A stretch of 64,000 bases of DNA from NCBI GenBank assembly GCA_951406725.2, contig OX597819.1, forward strand, positions 68,324,001-68,388,000, read 5' to 3'. Below the pieces are notes generated by a model that saw nothing but the letters and a program-made list of their open reading frames with translations, made no database searches and was not told the DNA's origin. Both the position numbers and the translations under genes were made by a program. This DNA is from Octopus vulgaris. Taxonomy: Eukaryota. Numbering within the stretch: the first letter of the stretch is position 1; every line of letters starts with the position of its first letter. Positions 38,041 through 52,626 of the stretch are shown one piece after another.

Positions 38041-39590
38041 CTTTCCCTTTTGTTACTATATATATATATATACGTATGTATGTATGTATGTATGTATGTA
38101 TGTATGTATGTATGTATGTATGTATGTATGTGTGTATGTATGTATGTATGAATGTATGTATATAATAGAAATACAGGCAGTGCGTATATGTACCCTTAAC
38201 TAACCCTTAACTAACCACAAACATATTGCTTAAATAGCTACCAAGTAAAACAGTGTAAGACTATTGGTAGGCACTTATCAACTTCTTGTATTCTCAACTT
38301 CTTGTATCAACTTCTTGTATTCTCAATTCGTTATACAACCGTAATATGGTGCTTAGTATTCTAAATTTTTATAAGTCAATACTGTGACTGCAGAGATGAT
38401 TTTAAAAAGGGATTTAATAGCACTGCAAACACATGTGAGGATTAACATGGACTTATAAACATTTAATATATTTTGTAATATATCATGCTTGCATAACGGA
38501 AAAACGGTGTCCTTTACAGCAATGAATATATACATACAAACATGTTTGTGTGTGCGTGCGTATGAATGTGTATGTGCGTGTGTGTGTGCGTGCGTATGAG
38601 TGTGCATGTGTGTTAGTGTGTGTGTGTGTGTGCGTGTTTATGTTTTGGTTTAGTGATTAAGAAATGGACCAACAAAGTGAAGATGATTTGAACATTTATA
38701 GGAAGTCAACCATTTTGACTACTTAAATGATTTGATGCGGATATATGGGGTGAGATGGGCATTTTTGTCACTCTGTATATTTGTCTGAAGAGTAAAACGA
38801 ACGGCTATTGTTAATGCACTGCTTAACAGATTAGTATTATCGATAAGATGAAGTTCAGCTGAAGTTTCTCCTTGTCAGTACTCGTATATGAGGGAATATG
38901 GGCAGGAAAAAGAGTTCAACAAGGTTGAAACTGATAAATGTAAGGACAATGCAATTTTACAAGTATGTAACTTGGTCTATAAGGCAAAATTAAGATGGCG
39001 ACGGACGGAGCGGGCGGTTGGAGAGAATTCTTTCAGTTTTGAAGTTCTACATGCGTGACTGCGTCTTTCGCTATATTCAGACGCGTTGAAGATTTCTGTC
39101 AAACATTCTGTGGAAACATTTTCAATCAATGAATACTGCCAACGAAAGTTATCTAAATGTAGGTGACGCTCTATATGTATAATTTCTTCTCACAGCAAGA
39201 CTTGTGACGAATTCAATAAGCTTTGTGTTTGACCTATAACACTTATGTCTGTCAGTTTCTTCACCTTATGAAATTATTGGAAAGAATTAGATTTAATTAC
39301 AGCAATGGCGGCTTTCTCAATTCTCTAAACTATTTAGTGTTCTGCAGTATATTCTTTTGTTCACAAGAATCAACCACGACATTTTTGTTCATTCTCGATG
39401 ACATCGTAATGTAATAGATTCTGTTATACTCTCTCATTAACGGAGGTATTTAATGTCATAAAAAAGGGTAACACCAAGGATTCCTTGCACAACTTTTATA
39501 TTGAGATGTCACAAGTTCATTTTTCCTTTTAAGTTTAATATCCTTGGTGTCTTCCCCGCAAAATTCATTGCCCCGGTCTTCCTTTCTTTG

Positions 39591-39643
<53 letters not shown>

Positions 39644-40455
39644 GTATCTATCTATCTATCTATCTATCTATATATCTGTCTGTCTATCTGTCTATCTATT
39701 TATCGCTGTTTGTACACCTATCTATTTCTCTGTCTGCCTGACTATCTCTCCTTCTCGCTCTCTTTTTGCTTTCTGTCAGTCTGTCTGTCTATCTACACAC
39801 ACACGTACACATACAGACACATAGACAAACATACACATATACAGGTTTGCGTATATGTAAACTATGATGTATGTCACACACACCGACGCACTACTCACAC
39901 ACACATACACATACAGTTAAGCACACAAGTATTTTCCACAGGCATTTCAAAACTGAAGGATGGCTGGAAACTTTAGAAGAAATATGGAATACATATTTTA
40001 CTCCTAACCGAATCTTCCTTCGACTCCATCACATAATTTGCCAACGAATTGCTCTACGGACGCTATTGGTTGACTTGCTCATAGTAGATGTTGCCTTTGG
40101 TTTTGTTCTGCATTTAGGACCAGTCTGCAGAATAACATGATTTGTAATAGAATTGTAACAGTCAAGCCAGACATTAAATGAATAATTATGTCCGCCATCC
40201 AAACCTCATTAGTAATCTTGGTTGTGATGGGATATTTGTGGGTTGGCATCCCTGTTTTTTCTTCTATCTTCTTTCTAATTGTTTCAATCTATGCTCCAGA
40301 CTATTGCTATTCTGGAGAATTGACTGAAAGTTTTTTCTGAAACAAATCAACTCCGATACTTATTTTTTTAGATTGGTATTTATTCTATCAGTTTTGTAGA
40401 ATCATTAAATTGCAGGGACATAACCAGACTGACAATGGTGGGAAGACAAACGCAC

Positions 40456-40518
<63 letters not shown>

Positions 40519-40634
40519 TATGTATATATGCATTTATGCAAGTATGAATTTATGTACGTATGTATGTATGTACGTATGAAGCTTGTATGTAAATATATAT
40601 ATCAATATATGTATGTGTGTATGTAATGTATATA

Positions 40635-40970
40635 TAGTAAAGTTTATACGCCAACAGAATGTGGCAGTCCTATAAAGGACGATGTTACTGCTATTTTAGC
40701 CCCAGGAAAACATCTTTTCCAACTGTCTTTCGACATACAGTCTGCGTGTATCACGTTAGTATAGAAATGGCAGCGATGACCTACCTAGCTAATGCTCTAC
40801 GGATATAGGCTATGTGTTGATGGCCAGCTGGAAAAGATCTTTTGCAGGGGCTAAAACCACAGTAACATCGCCCTTTATAGGAGTGCCACATTCTGTTGGC
40901 ATATAAGCTTTACTATTTGGTACTATTACTGTATATCTCTCGCTCGGAGATTTATAAGAAATTGTCTTCC
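40635..40970. mobile_element. Fold-back of the 11281-11712 repeat family (arms about 40635-40743 and 40808-40915)
   Basis: TAGTAAAGTTTATACGCCAACAGAATGTGGC pairs with GCCACATTCTGTTGGCATATAAGCTTTACTA. Homology to 11290-11510. Confidence 0.7.
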
Positions 40971-40994
40971 CCAATAATGTATATGTGTATATAT

Positions 40995-41272
40995 CACCGT
41001 GATCACCGTGACAGACCAGGCTATCAGATTTTGCTACACATCGCTGGTCACAATGCGCTTCGCATTGTTTTAGCCTTCAAATGAGGCCACCCCGCTGGCT
41101 AAGCGAGCAGGCCAACAGAAGAAAGAGTGAGAGAAATTTGTGGCGAAAGAGTACAGTAGGGATCGCTACTACCCCCTGCCAAAGCCTCGTGGAGTTTTTA
41201 GGTCTGGAATCGAAACCGCGATACTATGACCGCGAGTTCGCTGCCCTAACCACTGGGTCATTGCGCCTCCAC
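40995..41272 (-). mobile_element. tRNA-derived SINE family D
   Basis: Minus-strand head GTGGAGGCGCAATGACCCAGTGGTTAGGGCAGCGAACTCGCGGTCATAGTATCGCGGTTTCGATTCC; tail of TCACGGTGA repeats. Confidence 0.7.
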
Positions 41273-42675
41273 ATATGTATATATATAAATGTATACATGC
41301 ATCGAGTTTCCACACAGTTGCAGTCCACCAAAATCACCCACAAGACACTCGTCTACTGTGGGCTATATTAGAAAATACTTGTCCAAGATTCTACGCCATG
41401 AGATCGAACTCAAAAGCACATAATTGGAAAGTTAGCTTCTACATAGTTGTATTTTCCTTTTGTACCGATTACGACCATCACAATCATTCTTTCTGGAGAA
41501 ATAATATAAATATACGACTCTTTTGTAATATTAGCCAATCAGATTTGTCTATTCCCGACATCCTAAATATCTCCGTGTCAAATACCTCTAAACGTGCTTA
41601 CGGTTACATTCGGTTGCACTCCAAAATAATTTGAGAAATGTTCAAATGAACGGCGTCGTGAAATACCTTGCACAATCTAACCAATAATCTTTTATTTTTT
41701 ATTTCTTAAATTGTATCTTGCTTTAAATTGCATTTTTTCTGCGTTTTGTTGTACTTTTTAACATCTATTTCTCTGTAAATATGTGTATGCATATTTGTGT
41801 AATATAAGCCCTTGTGGCTAATAAGGAAAGTATTTATTTATTATTGTATTTTTGTCGCATTTTTCCATATCTAATATAAAAAGAATTTACTTCCTTGAGA
41901 AATCTAGTATATTTTTATTAATTGTTCGGTCATCTATTCACAACCCAGGTATAATTCATGAAAAAATCTATATCATGAAATCAAACCAAATTGATTTACT
42001 TCTTTCTCAGCTTTCACTGACAATAAAATGAGCAAAATAATGCATAGGTGCTGTTTAGAGTCACCAGTTTTAATAATACCAAAATAGATGCATAAGCAAT
42101 ACGTTAATGAAGGAATCAAACGAGATATATGGATGACATGGAACTTCGCTCTGGTGATTGAGAATTTCGAACATGATAAATGCAATCGCTGTCACGTGTC
42201 CTAGGGATAAAAAAGCTTGCCATCAAGTTAGCATGGCTTATACATTCACCCGAATGAGACTCCAGTTTGTCGCATGGTAACTTATTTGTAGTTGAGTTGG
42301 CTTGAGTACGTTAAGTAAACACTGCTCGGCTCAGGAATAGAAATCGCAATCTTGAGATCGTCAGTGCAACAATGTTGTATATAACAGAAATTGTTCATGA
42401 TTAGGACTCGATCTCAATCGCTGCAACCAGTCGGTAACGTTGACACATGAATAAATTAATGTCAGTTATAGGTTAGCCTTTCTGGAGTGCCTTACGGTAT
42501 GTTCTGGTACTTACGCTAGCGACTTTCAAATGTTGGAGGTTAAACTCAATCCACCAGAATACACGTTTACATTTGAGGCATCCATAAAAACAGACCGTGC
42601 GTCTTGGCATAAAAAATCGGCGTTTCAAAGGAAAGTGGGCTGATATAATATGCTAATGAAATTTCCAATATCATA

Positions 42676-42778
42676 AGCGGCAAGCGATTATGTTAATTAG
42701 CTTCGTTAGCGGCCAGCGTTTATATTAATTAGCTTCGTTAGCGGCAAACGTTCACGTTAATTAGCGCCGTTAGCGGCC
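42676..42778. repeat. Minisatellite of about 33 bp, three copies
   Basis: TTAATTAGC(T/G)(T/C)CGTTAGCGGC occurs three times. Confidence 0.75.
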
Positions 42779-44177
42779 CATTTTATATTCATTGTCCTCA
42801 GATGAAAAGTGAAACCACATTTATTTCATAAGTCGGTCGCGAATATTTTGAGATAATAATATGTTTAGTTTTCTGCGGTTAGAATAGAAGAAAAAAATGC
42901 TAACTTTTATGAAGATATTTATATTGAAAGAGATCGATGGCTATTCTATTACTAGTTCGTATCTTAGAATCATCAGGATAATAGATATCTCCATACAAAT
43001 TGTTGAATCTGGCGAGATTTGATTTTAAGCTGTAAGGCAGTCAAACTTGTACACACACTTGCGTTAAAATGTGGTCTGTAACCCCATCGGTTAATTCATT
43101 AAGTTGAATACAAAGCTTAATAGGATCACATTATAATACTGTAATTTGCTTCAATATAATTTTGGAGTTCAATCCGCACGGTGGTCAATCACGATCCAGA
43201 AAATATTTGATTAAAACTTTCGAATATTTTTCGATATTTTTAAAGCATCTTTTATTTGGAGCGAAAGCTCATATACCCTCCTTCTTTCTCGCTTAGGAGT
43301 GATTTCTTTGCTAATTCTAGCTAGCTGAGGAAATGAATGGCAGTTTCCTCGGAAATATTTAACATAAAGTTACGCATATAACATACATTCGATGGAATAA
43401 AGTACAAGTTATTGCATAAAACACGTAACTCTATAAAACGTAAATTACTACCAAAGCGATTATACTACTTGGTTACCATATTTGTTTGAAGCAAGTTCAA
43501 GCCACACATGAATAGAGAAAATGATGATCATCACGATAATGGGTCTTGGTATTACTCTAAAGTACACAGGGTTTCTAACTAGCGAAAAATAAAATGAAGA
43601 AAGAAAAGCATATAACATCATGAATGACAAGCAGTCTTGAATTGTGTGCAGTATTGATGGAGAGGAGGCGATCAGCTGAAATGGTGAGAGAATATCACTG
43701 GAACAAGATAACAATAACAAGAAATGTTTCTGCATTGGAGTTTAGAAAAGCTTTCTTTCTCTTTTTCACTGTTCCGTTTATGGATAGAATGTATGGAATG
43801 CATAATGACGGGTTTCATTGTTAACATGAAAACAGCAGCGTTTCTAGATTAATACTTATTTAGTATTATAAACATGTACGTTGAAGGTTCTAAAGATAAA
43901 TGTGAATTGGTAATTTCAGTGAGTAGAAAAGGTGCAAGTTTCTTTGGGCATGTATGTATGCATATATGTATGCATGTATGTATGTATGTATGTAAGCATG
44001 CTACTATGTATGAATGCATGTATGCAAGCCTTTATCAATGTGTGTATGTTTATATGTAATACGTAAGCATTTTATGTATGTATACATGTAAGAATTTTCT
44101 CCGGTAGTTTAAAAAAGAATAGCTACTTGCTAAATCTACCCATGTAAGTTGCATACCGTAGTCAAAATAATATCTTT

Positions 44178-44842
44178 TATTTCTTTATTGCCCACGGGGG
44201 GAGGCTAAACATAGAGGGGACAAAGAAGGAGAGATAAAGGAAATAAGTCGATTACCAGTGTTTAACTGGTACTTATTTAATCGACCCCGAAGGCATGAAA
44301 GGCAAACACGAACTCGGCGGAATTTGAACTCAGAACATAACGGTAGACAAAATACATCTAAGCATTTCGCCCAACGTGCTAACGATTCCGCCAGCTCATC
44401 GCCCTTAATATTCTTTTCTACTCTAGACAGAAGGCCCGAAATTTTGCGGGAGGAAGCCTGTCGATTAGATCGACCCCAGTATGCAACTAGTACTTAATTT
44501 ATCGACTCCGAAAAGATGAAGGGTAAAGTCGACCTCGGCAGAATTTGAACTCAAAACGTAAAGACAGACGAAATACCACAAAGCATTTCGGCTGGTGTAC
44601 TAATGTTTCTTATTTCTTTACTGCCCACAAGGGGCCACACACAGCGGGGACAAATAAGAACAGACAAACGGATGAAGTCAATTACATCGACCCCAGTGCG
44701 TAACTGGTACATAATTTATCGACCCCGAAGGATGAAAGGCAAAGTCAACCTCGGCGGAATTTGAACTCAGAACGTAACGGCAGACGAAATACGGCTACGC
44801 ATTTCGCCCGGTGTGCTAACGTTTCTGCCAGCTTGCCGCCTT
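44178..44842 (-). mobile_element. Three adjacent SINE A copies
   Basis: Reverse family A units at about 44178-44406, 44410-44610 and 44610-44842. Confidence 0.85.
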
Positions 44843-45521
44843 ACCGTAGTAAAATAATAAAGAAAAAAAAGCTCGTAATTACTGATATGAGATCGGGATT
44901 TGCATATAATTTTCATTTGAAGCAATTTTATTACAATGTCGTGTCTTAACACAACACTAAAATAAAATCTGTGATTCTATACTTGGGTAAAAAAATTAAA
45001 ATATAACCTTTTAACAAACAAGCAAATCTGTAACTCATTCAGGGTTTTAGATCAGCCGAAACGATAAGTTGAATAATTTAGTGATGCTCTTAGCATAGAA
45101 AACAATAGAAAAGTTAGTGTTTGTATATTTAATGCATCAACGAAACAACATCTTTCGCCATACTTGCTTAAGTAATAGTGGAAAGAACATTAAGTAAACG
45201 TAGAATAGACTACAATTCTTTGCCCACGAAATACTAACGCTCTTTGCATTAAATATATTAACGTTACTTTAATACTTACTTGTCAAGCCGATTTCGTGCC
45301 AGAAATATTCATTCTGGGAAGCATGATTCTATTTTCTTATATCAAGTGTACAATTTTGCAGATTACTTTAGTGATTCTTTCACTGCTTCTTCAGAAAATA
45401 CACTAAAAAACATGCTTTGTTGATGAGGTCAAAATAAATCAGAAACGTATTTCCTGGATTTTCCCTATGTTCAAATAAGTTAGAAGAATTGTTCTCTTTC
45501 ATCAATATTATTTTCTGCTTT

Positions 45522-46106
45522 AAGGCGGCGAGCTGGCAGAAACGTTAGCACACCCGGGCGAAATGCGTAGCCGTATTTCGTCTGCCGTTACGTTCTGAGT
45601 TCAAATTCCGCCGAGGTCGACTTTACCTTTCATCCTTTCGCGGTCTATTAGATAAGTACCAGTTACGCATTGGAGTCGATATAATCGACTTAATCCGTTT
45701 ATCGGTCCTTGTTTGTCCTCTCTATCTTTAGCCCCTTGTGGGTAGTAAAGAAATAAGTATTTCGTCTGTCGTTACATTCTGAGTTCAAATTCCGCCGAGG
45801 TCGACTTTGCCTTTCATCCTTTCGGGGTCGATAAATTAAGTACCAGTTACACACTGGGGTCGATATAATCGACTTAATCTGTTTGTCTGTCCTTGTTTGT
45901 CCTCTGTGTTTATCTCCTTGTGGGTAGTAAAGAAATAGATATTTTGTCTGTCCTTACGCACTGAGTCCAAATTCCGCCGAGGTTGACTTTGACTTTCATT
46001 ATTATGGGTTCGATAAATTAAGTACCAGTTGCGTATTGAGGTCGATCTAATCGACTGTCCCCTTCCCCCAAAATTTTGGGCCTTGTGCCTAGAGTAGAAA
46101 AGAATA
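45522..46106 (+). mobile_element. SINE A tandem trimer (about 184-bp units)
   Basis: Units start at 45573, 45757 and about 45939. Same architecture as 35722-36300. Confidence 0.88.
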
Positions 46107-46359
46107 TTGTTTTCTGTTTTGCTTACAAAATAATCGGTTCCACTTAAATCTACCATGAGTTTTTTTTTTATAAAATATGTTCTCATTTCGTTAACTGTAT
46201 CTTTTGTTTCATATCAAATTAAGTACCTTACAGAGTTAATGCTACTACATGATCCAGTCCCTGTTGCAGGGAAATGGCGTTTGTGCTTCAGTGACCTTCA
46301 GAGTTATGCTAGAGGAGCACAAGCCCAAACAGTTAGAGGCCAGACTAGTACTGATTTCA

Positions 46360-46566
46360 AATTTAACAACAAAACTAGCAAGTTTGGGGAGAATGTCAAT
46401 CGATTAAGTCGACCCCAGTGTTCAACTGGTACTTATTTTATCGGCTTCGAAAGGTTGACAGGTAAAGTCGTCATCGGTGGAATTTGAACTTAGCCTGTAA
46501 AGACAGACGAAATGCTGCTAAGCAGTTTGTCCGGTGTGCTAACGATCCCGAAAGCTTGCCGCCTTA
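46360..46566 (-). mobile_element. SINE A copy
   Basis: Reverse family A motifs. Confidence 0.7.
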
Positions 46567-48724
46567 TAGAGGGTCCTGAATAATATTGAACACACCTTCC
46601 CAGAGGTAATTATGAGTGTGCGTAGGGACAAAACAGCTAACTAGAATAAAAACAAAGTTTCAGGAGCATCGATGAAAATTCAAAAGGAACAAGACCTGCT
46701 AGAGTAAGGCATTCCCTTAAAGGACAACGTATCACGCGGTGCAGCAATATTTGAAAGGAACCAACATCTTGCATTACGCGTCATACCCTGAACTGGAACC
46801 CTTCAGGAATTTGGAAGAAAGAACATCCTATAAGATAACCGGAGGAAGGATAGTGTATCAGGCTGAGAAAGGCAGGGATTCAACTGCAGAGAAGCAGAAA
46901 AGAAAATTCAATTTCGGAACAGAGGAGAAACATTTTCGGTGACCTACGCCGCATAGGGAACGACGGGTGTAAATAAATGTTAGATAAACTCAGTTAACAC
47001 CATCAAAGTTACTATATTCCACTTCAACGACTTCAATATTACTTTGAAACATTCACTCTAGTTTCGTCGTGAACAAAAACAAAAACGAAACCTAAAACAT
47101 TAAAATGGAATCTTAAAGCAAACAAACACAATTGCGAGTCATTCAATTTTCATTCTGTGTGATGGATCGACTGAAATGATAGACTGGTGATATAAATAAC
47201 ACGTTGCATTTACTTATCCCCTTTACATTTTAAACAAATTTACTTCTGACGTCAATTTTGTCTCTCATTCTCTAAGTGTCAATACAGTCATTACAAATAA
47301 TCCATTCACTCGAATAAACAGACTACATACCTTTCTCGTAATATCTATAATTATTAGGAAAATTAGAAATCCATTTGCATAAATTTGAACAGCGCAGTAG
47401 ATTGGAATGGTAGAGAAAGAAATCAAATAATTTACGTTATTTAGGTGGCGATTTGACCTCGAACTCCACCAATCTTATGTTCGGTCTGTTATTTTGCATG
47501 GGTCCTGGTCTTCCCTAAGCCAGCGCACTTACGATCAAAGGCTATTCTGCCGTGACTCTCGTGTCTTATATTGAGACACAGTTCCAGTAGAAATGCATTA
47601 TCGAATGCTTCTTGCCATTTTGAATATGGTAGGTTCTGGTTTGACGGCGACTTGGTTAATAATTATAGCAGCAAGAACGCGTATAGACTCCCTGGTTCGC
47701 CCCTGTCCTTGTTTTGTTGGCTAACATTTCTGTCACCGAAAAAGTCATACTTTGAAAGAATATGGCGAAATTCTTTTATAGTATGGAACATATATTTTTG
47801 GTGCCATTAGTGATAGACAACATTCCGTGCTCTTTCAGTGAACAGCTCGCGGTCTCAAAGCGACGAAAATATTTTGACAACTTAAATTTAAATGTTGACG
47901 TGAATCTAACGGTTTTTGTGTGTTTCTTAAATGGCTTATAAACACCTTCCACACTGCAACTATTTTCGTTCCAGCATACGATCTCAGATCAGGCCACTTG
48001 CTATGGAAGTACATCTCCGTAATATATATCTATCTATCTATCTATCTATCTATATATATATATATATATGCATACATATATAGGTGTATATATGTATATA
48101 CATGTCTGTAAAAGTATGTGTGTGTGTGTGTATACAGCTCATACAGTTTACACATATATAGCTCTCCTGGAAATGTAGAGATAGCTACCAAACTTAAAAA
48201 TCAATATCCATCACGTAGATTTGTACAATCTATTATTTTTAAGGTGCACCTTCACTCGATTACATAGATGTGTCTTCTAATTCATTATCCTAATATAGAT
48301 GATAAATATCTATTACCGTTATGTACACATACAGACAGGTATGTGTCAGAACACGTTTATGTGAATGATCGTACTTTATACATACATACAAGTATACGGT
48401 ACGCTCGCGCACGCACACATACACACATGCATACACTCACGCACATTACATTTATATTTATATAACACTGAGGAATTATTCAGTACAGTTTAGATTGAAT
48501 TTTAGATTTCATTACATTTTCAAAATTTTATTTCGGTTAAATCACGATCGTTTAATACACACGCGCGCACACACACGCACACACACACATATATGTATAT
48601 ATGTATATATATAAATCTATATCTATATCTATCTATCTATACATATACTTGTATATACATACATACATAATATATATATATATATATATATACATTCATA
48701 CATAATATATATATATATACATAC

Positions 48725-48764
<40 letters not shown>

Positions 48765-49249
48765 CATATATATGTATATATATTTGCCTACATATACGTA
48801 TATACGCACACATACCCACATATGTATACACCCCAAAAATCACACATTACACACACTCCCATCCGCTCGTATTTGTAATTATTACATCAAAGTTTTCTAA
48901 ATGTGTAACGACATTACAATGTTAAGAATTATTCTATGTGAATTAATCCAATTAGTGCTGTTTGATTAAATGCTCCTAAACAAACGCCATAAAGTTCAAT
49001 GAAGTCTACACTTGTCGAACACCAGGATACAGAAGCGCTGTTATGTTTTCCGGAGCAGCGAAGAAAAGAAGGGGTAACATAGGAAGACCTTCCCTGTTAT
49101 GTGTGTTGTGAGAAGAATATAAAAATTATAAAATGAAAAAGAAGCAACATGAACTTAGGGTTGACAAATCTCTTTGATATTTTTTACAGTGTTCAGATAT
49201 CGATCAGTCTGTCGTCTGTAATTATTATTCTTTTACTTTTTTATTAGTT

Positions 49250-49570
49250 TCATTCACTGGACTGCGTTCATGCTGGGGCACAGCCTTGAAATGTTAGGCG
49301 AAAAGGTCGGCTTCATTAGTTGTCGTAAATTCTGGTAGATATTGTATAGTTTTCTTATACCAAAGCTCTGAGATAGCGGAACATAAAGGAACAAAAATCG
49401 GTTATTTGAGACCGAATGGGATGCCAAATAAGCACACATATATGGACACACACATACAATATAGGTTTGCTCACAGTTTCCGGCCCCCAAATTCACTCAA
49501 AGGGTTTGTGCCGGGTAAAGGCTATCGTAGAATATACTTACTCATGGTGACGCGTAGTGGGAATAGTTGC
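49250..49570 (-). mobile_element. Degenerate SINE B
   Basis: TCATGCTGGGGCACAGCCTT is the reverse tail; CAGTTTCCGG...AATTCACTCAAAGG is the reverse body. Confidence 0.55.
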
Positions 49571-50165
49571 AAAACGAGTCCCCTGACCACAGAAACATGC
49601 CTTCAAAAGTTTAGAAATATGGCACGAAGTAGATAAAGCTTGTTTCTCATTTAGCGGGCGGGGTGTCAGATGATACCATCGATTCTAGAACTTGGAGTTT
49701 ATGTTATTCATCACGAGATGATTAAAGGGCTCTACAGGAGTAGAACTCAGAACATAAAGTTTTTATGATTCTGTCAGCTCACTGCATTCATGATTCTTGT
49801 AATTATGAGACTTCAAGAATAAGACCCAGGCTTTAAAATAAGCATTGGGGGTCGATTTCTTTCACTAACACCCCATCAAGATAGTGTCCCGGTAAGTGTC
49901 TGGAGCAAATAAACGATAAGAGATAATATAATACCACGATGTAAATTTAAAGAACGTCAGTATTGAACTGATAGAATCTCGGAGGAATGAATAACAGATC
50001 GGCATATAATCATATAAATAGGTGTAGAGAAAATCTTTCTGGTGCTTAGCGATTTTACTATCGAATGTGTCCTTGCGAAATAATTATTAACATGCCTACT
50101 TTCATTTTTTATTTAATTAAAAAGTAAAGGAAACATGACATTGTAAACAAACGGTAAAATAAAAC

Positions 50166-50483
50166 TGTTGTGGCGAGAATTATCACACCGCCTCTTGAGA
50201 ATGGACTAGCCGAACTCGTAGAAGTAGCAAAGTACTTGATTAACAGAGAGATGAGAAATCGCAGGCAGTCGAGAGGTGTTCGTGAGTTCGTGGTGTCGCG
50301 GGAAATTATTGAGAAGTTGTTACAATTCGTTGAGAGTTGTTTTGGATTGGTTACATTTGCTGGCAGAATATTAGGGAACATATAATGTGGAGGCAGTTGG
50401 TGTCTACCCCGTTCCGTTGTATTGTATATTACAGTGTTATTAGTGCACAACACTAAGGTGACATATACAGAAATTACGTTACA
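50166..50483 (+). repeat. 5' LTR
   Basis: Direct repeat of 54124-54443, substantially diverged. Confidence 0.85.
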
Positions 50484-52626
50484 AAAGTGACGACGAGTGA
50501 TTCGAAGCTTAGGTTAGACATTAACAATTTTTTGATACAAAATTTCATTCATTATGGAAGACCTAGTAGATGACATATTACAGTTGCAAAAGCAATAGCA
50601 ACAGCAGCTACAGGAGTTGCACCAACTAGTATAACAGCAACAACTACAACACAATCAGTTGCTGGAACTGATGTTGAAGTCAAGAAATACCGCAAGTTCG
50701 TTTTCGCCAGATGGTGAAGCGAATGCCACAACTGAATTTAGTTATAACTCAGAAGCGGGTATAACTTTATCGGCGTTTTTCAGAAGATACGAAGAAATCT
50801 TTAACGAAGACGATGAAAAGGTGAGACTACTGTTACAGAATCTAGTTCCTTCAGAACATGAAAAATACTGTAATTCTATCTTACCTAAAAAAACAACTAG
50901 AATTTGTTTTTTTAGGTAAGATTGGAGTGCTATCCAAAATGCTCAGGGATAAGAGTTCTCTGTTTAATACTCACTGAGATTGTTTAAATTTATTAAAAGA
51001 AGAGGACGTAGATTTTGTCAGTTATGCCAGAATCGTAGATAAAATATGGGAAAAATTTAAACTGAATGAATTATCTCCGGGTATGTTTAAATGCCTCATC
51101 TTTGTGCAGCGTATGATGGTAGGCATAAATGCAGAAATGCGTGCACGGATTCTTACAAAACTAGAATAGAAGGACCAGAATTTAACCCTGCAGGCAGTAG
51201 CAAAACAATATTAAAGAATTATCAACTTGAGACCGGGTGTAATGAAAACTGAAGAAAGAAATTCTCAACAAAAAGTCGTGATGACATCCGAAAAAGACAG
51301 TACGCGTATGCATGAATAAACGACACAAATGTGAAACGACAACTAGACACGGGTAGCGACATTACTGGTATTGATATCAACACGTAGAAGTGGGAAACCT
51401 ACATCAGCTAAAACATCGAAAAGTGCGCGAGGCCTCATAGGTGAAAAGTTACACTTCTTAAGGGAAATGATAAGCCACATTAAATTTCGTAGTAAAACCA
51501 GTAAGGCAAAAGTTTTTGTAGAAAATGCAACAAATTTGTTCAGTACTGACTGGATTGAGTTGTTTGATTTATGGGACCTCTCCATAAATCTGTTCTGTAA
51601 AAAAATAAATGATTATTCCTCCAGTAAGAATACGGCGTCAGATGAATTGGAGAAATAGTGGTGTTGGTTAATTTAGACTTGTGTACTAAGACTGAGTCAT
51701 GTTTCCAAATTAAGGAAAACGCAATACCAACGTTCAAACCAAAAAGAACGGCACTTTTTGCTGCAAAAAAGCATGTCGATGAAAATTTAGACAGATTAGG
51801 GAAAACTGGACTCATCCATTAAAGTGGAATATGCAAAATGGGCAGCTAAACGGTGTATATCAAAATAAAAAAGAATAACAAATCAGGATGTCTGCTGATT
51901 TTTCCACTGGCTTCAATGAATGTCTGAAAATACGGGAGGATATTTTTCCGAAGTTATACGGTATGCCCAAAATACTTAACAGTGAACACGTATAAAGGAC
52001 TACATAAATATAACAGATTACCATTTGATCTAAAGGTTGCACCTGTCATTTATCAATAGGTTATGGATGCAGTGTTAGCGGAATGTGAATTCGCAATTCC
52101 ATACCTGGGTGATGTATTAGTTAAAAGTCAAGCATGTAAAGTGTGATTTTGAAAAAATAAGAGATAACGGTTTCACACTGAGTGAGAAAAATGTGATTTT
52201 TTCTTACCTAAGATAAAGTATTAAGGACATTCTATCGACAGGAATTGACGACGACCGGACCCGTCGAAGGTAGACGCAATAAAAAAAATATGCCTCCTCC
52301 CACTAATATAACGACCTTAAAGGCTTTTCTAGGTATAGAATATTATTATCAAAATTATATACCAACTATGCATGAATTGAGAGTTCCACTGAATAATTTG
52401 TTAAAAAAAGATTTGAAGTGGAATTCGTCAAATAATTGCCAAAAGGCGATTGACGTTATAAAAAAATATTAACATCAGATTTGTCGCTGGTTCATTTCGA
52501 TCTTGCAGCGGAGATTGTTGTAGCTTCTGAGAATTCTGAATACAGCATAGGCGCAGTAATGTTACACAAATATAAAGACCGTAATATGAAGTTGATGGTT
52601 AATGCCTCACGTTCTCTGATAGCACT

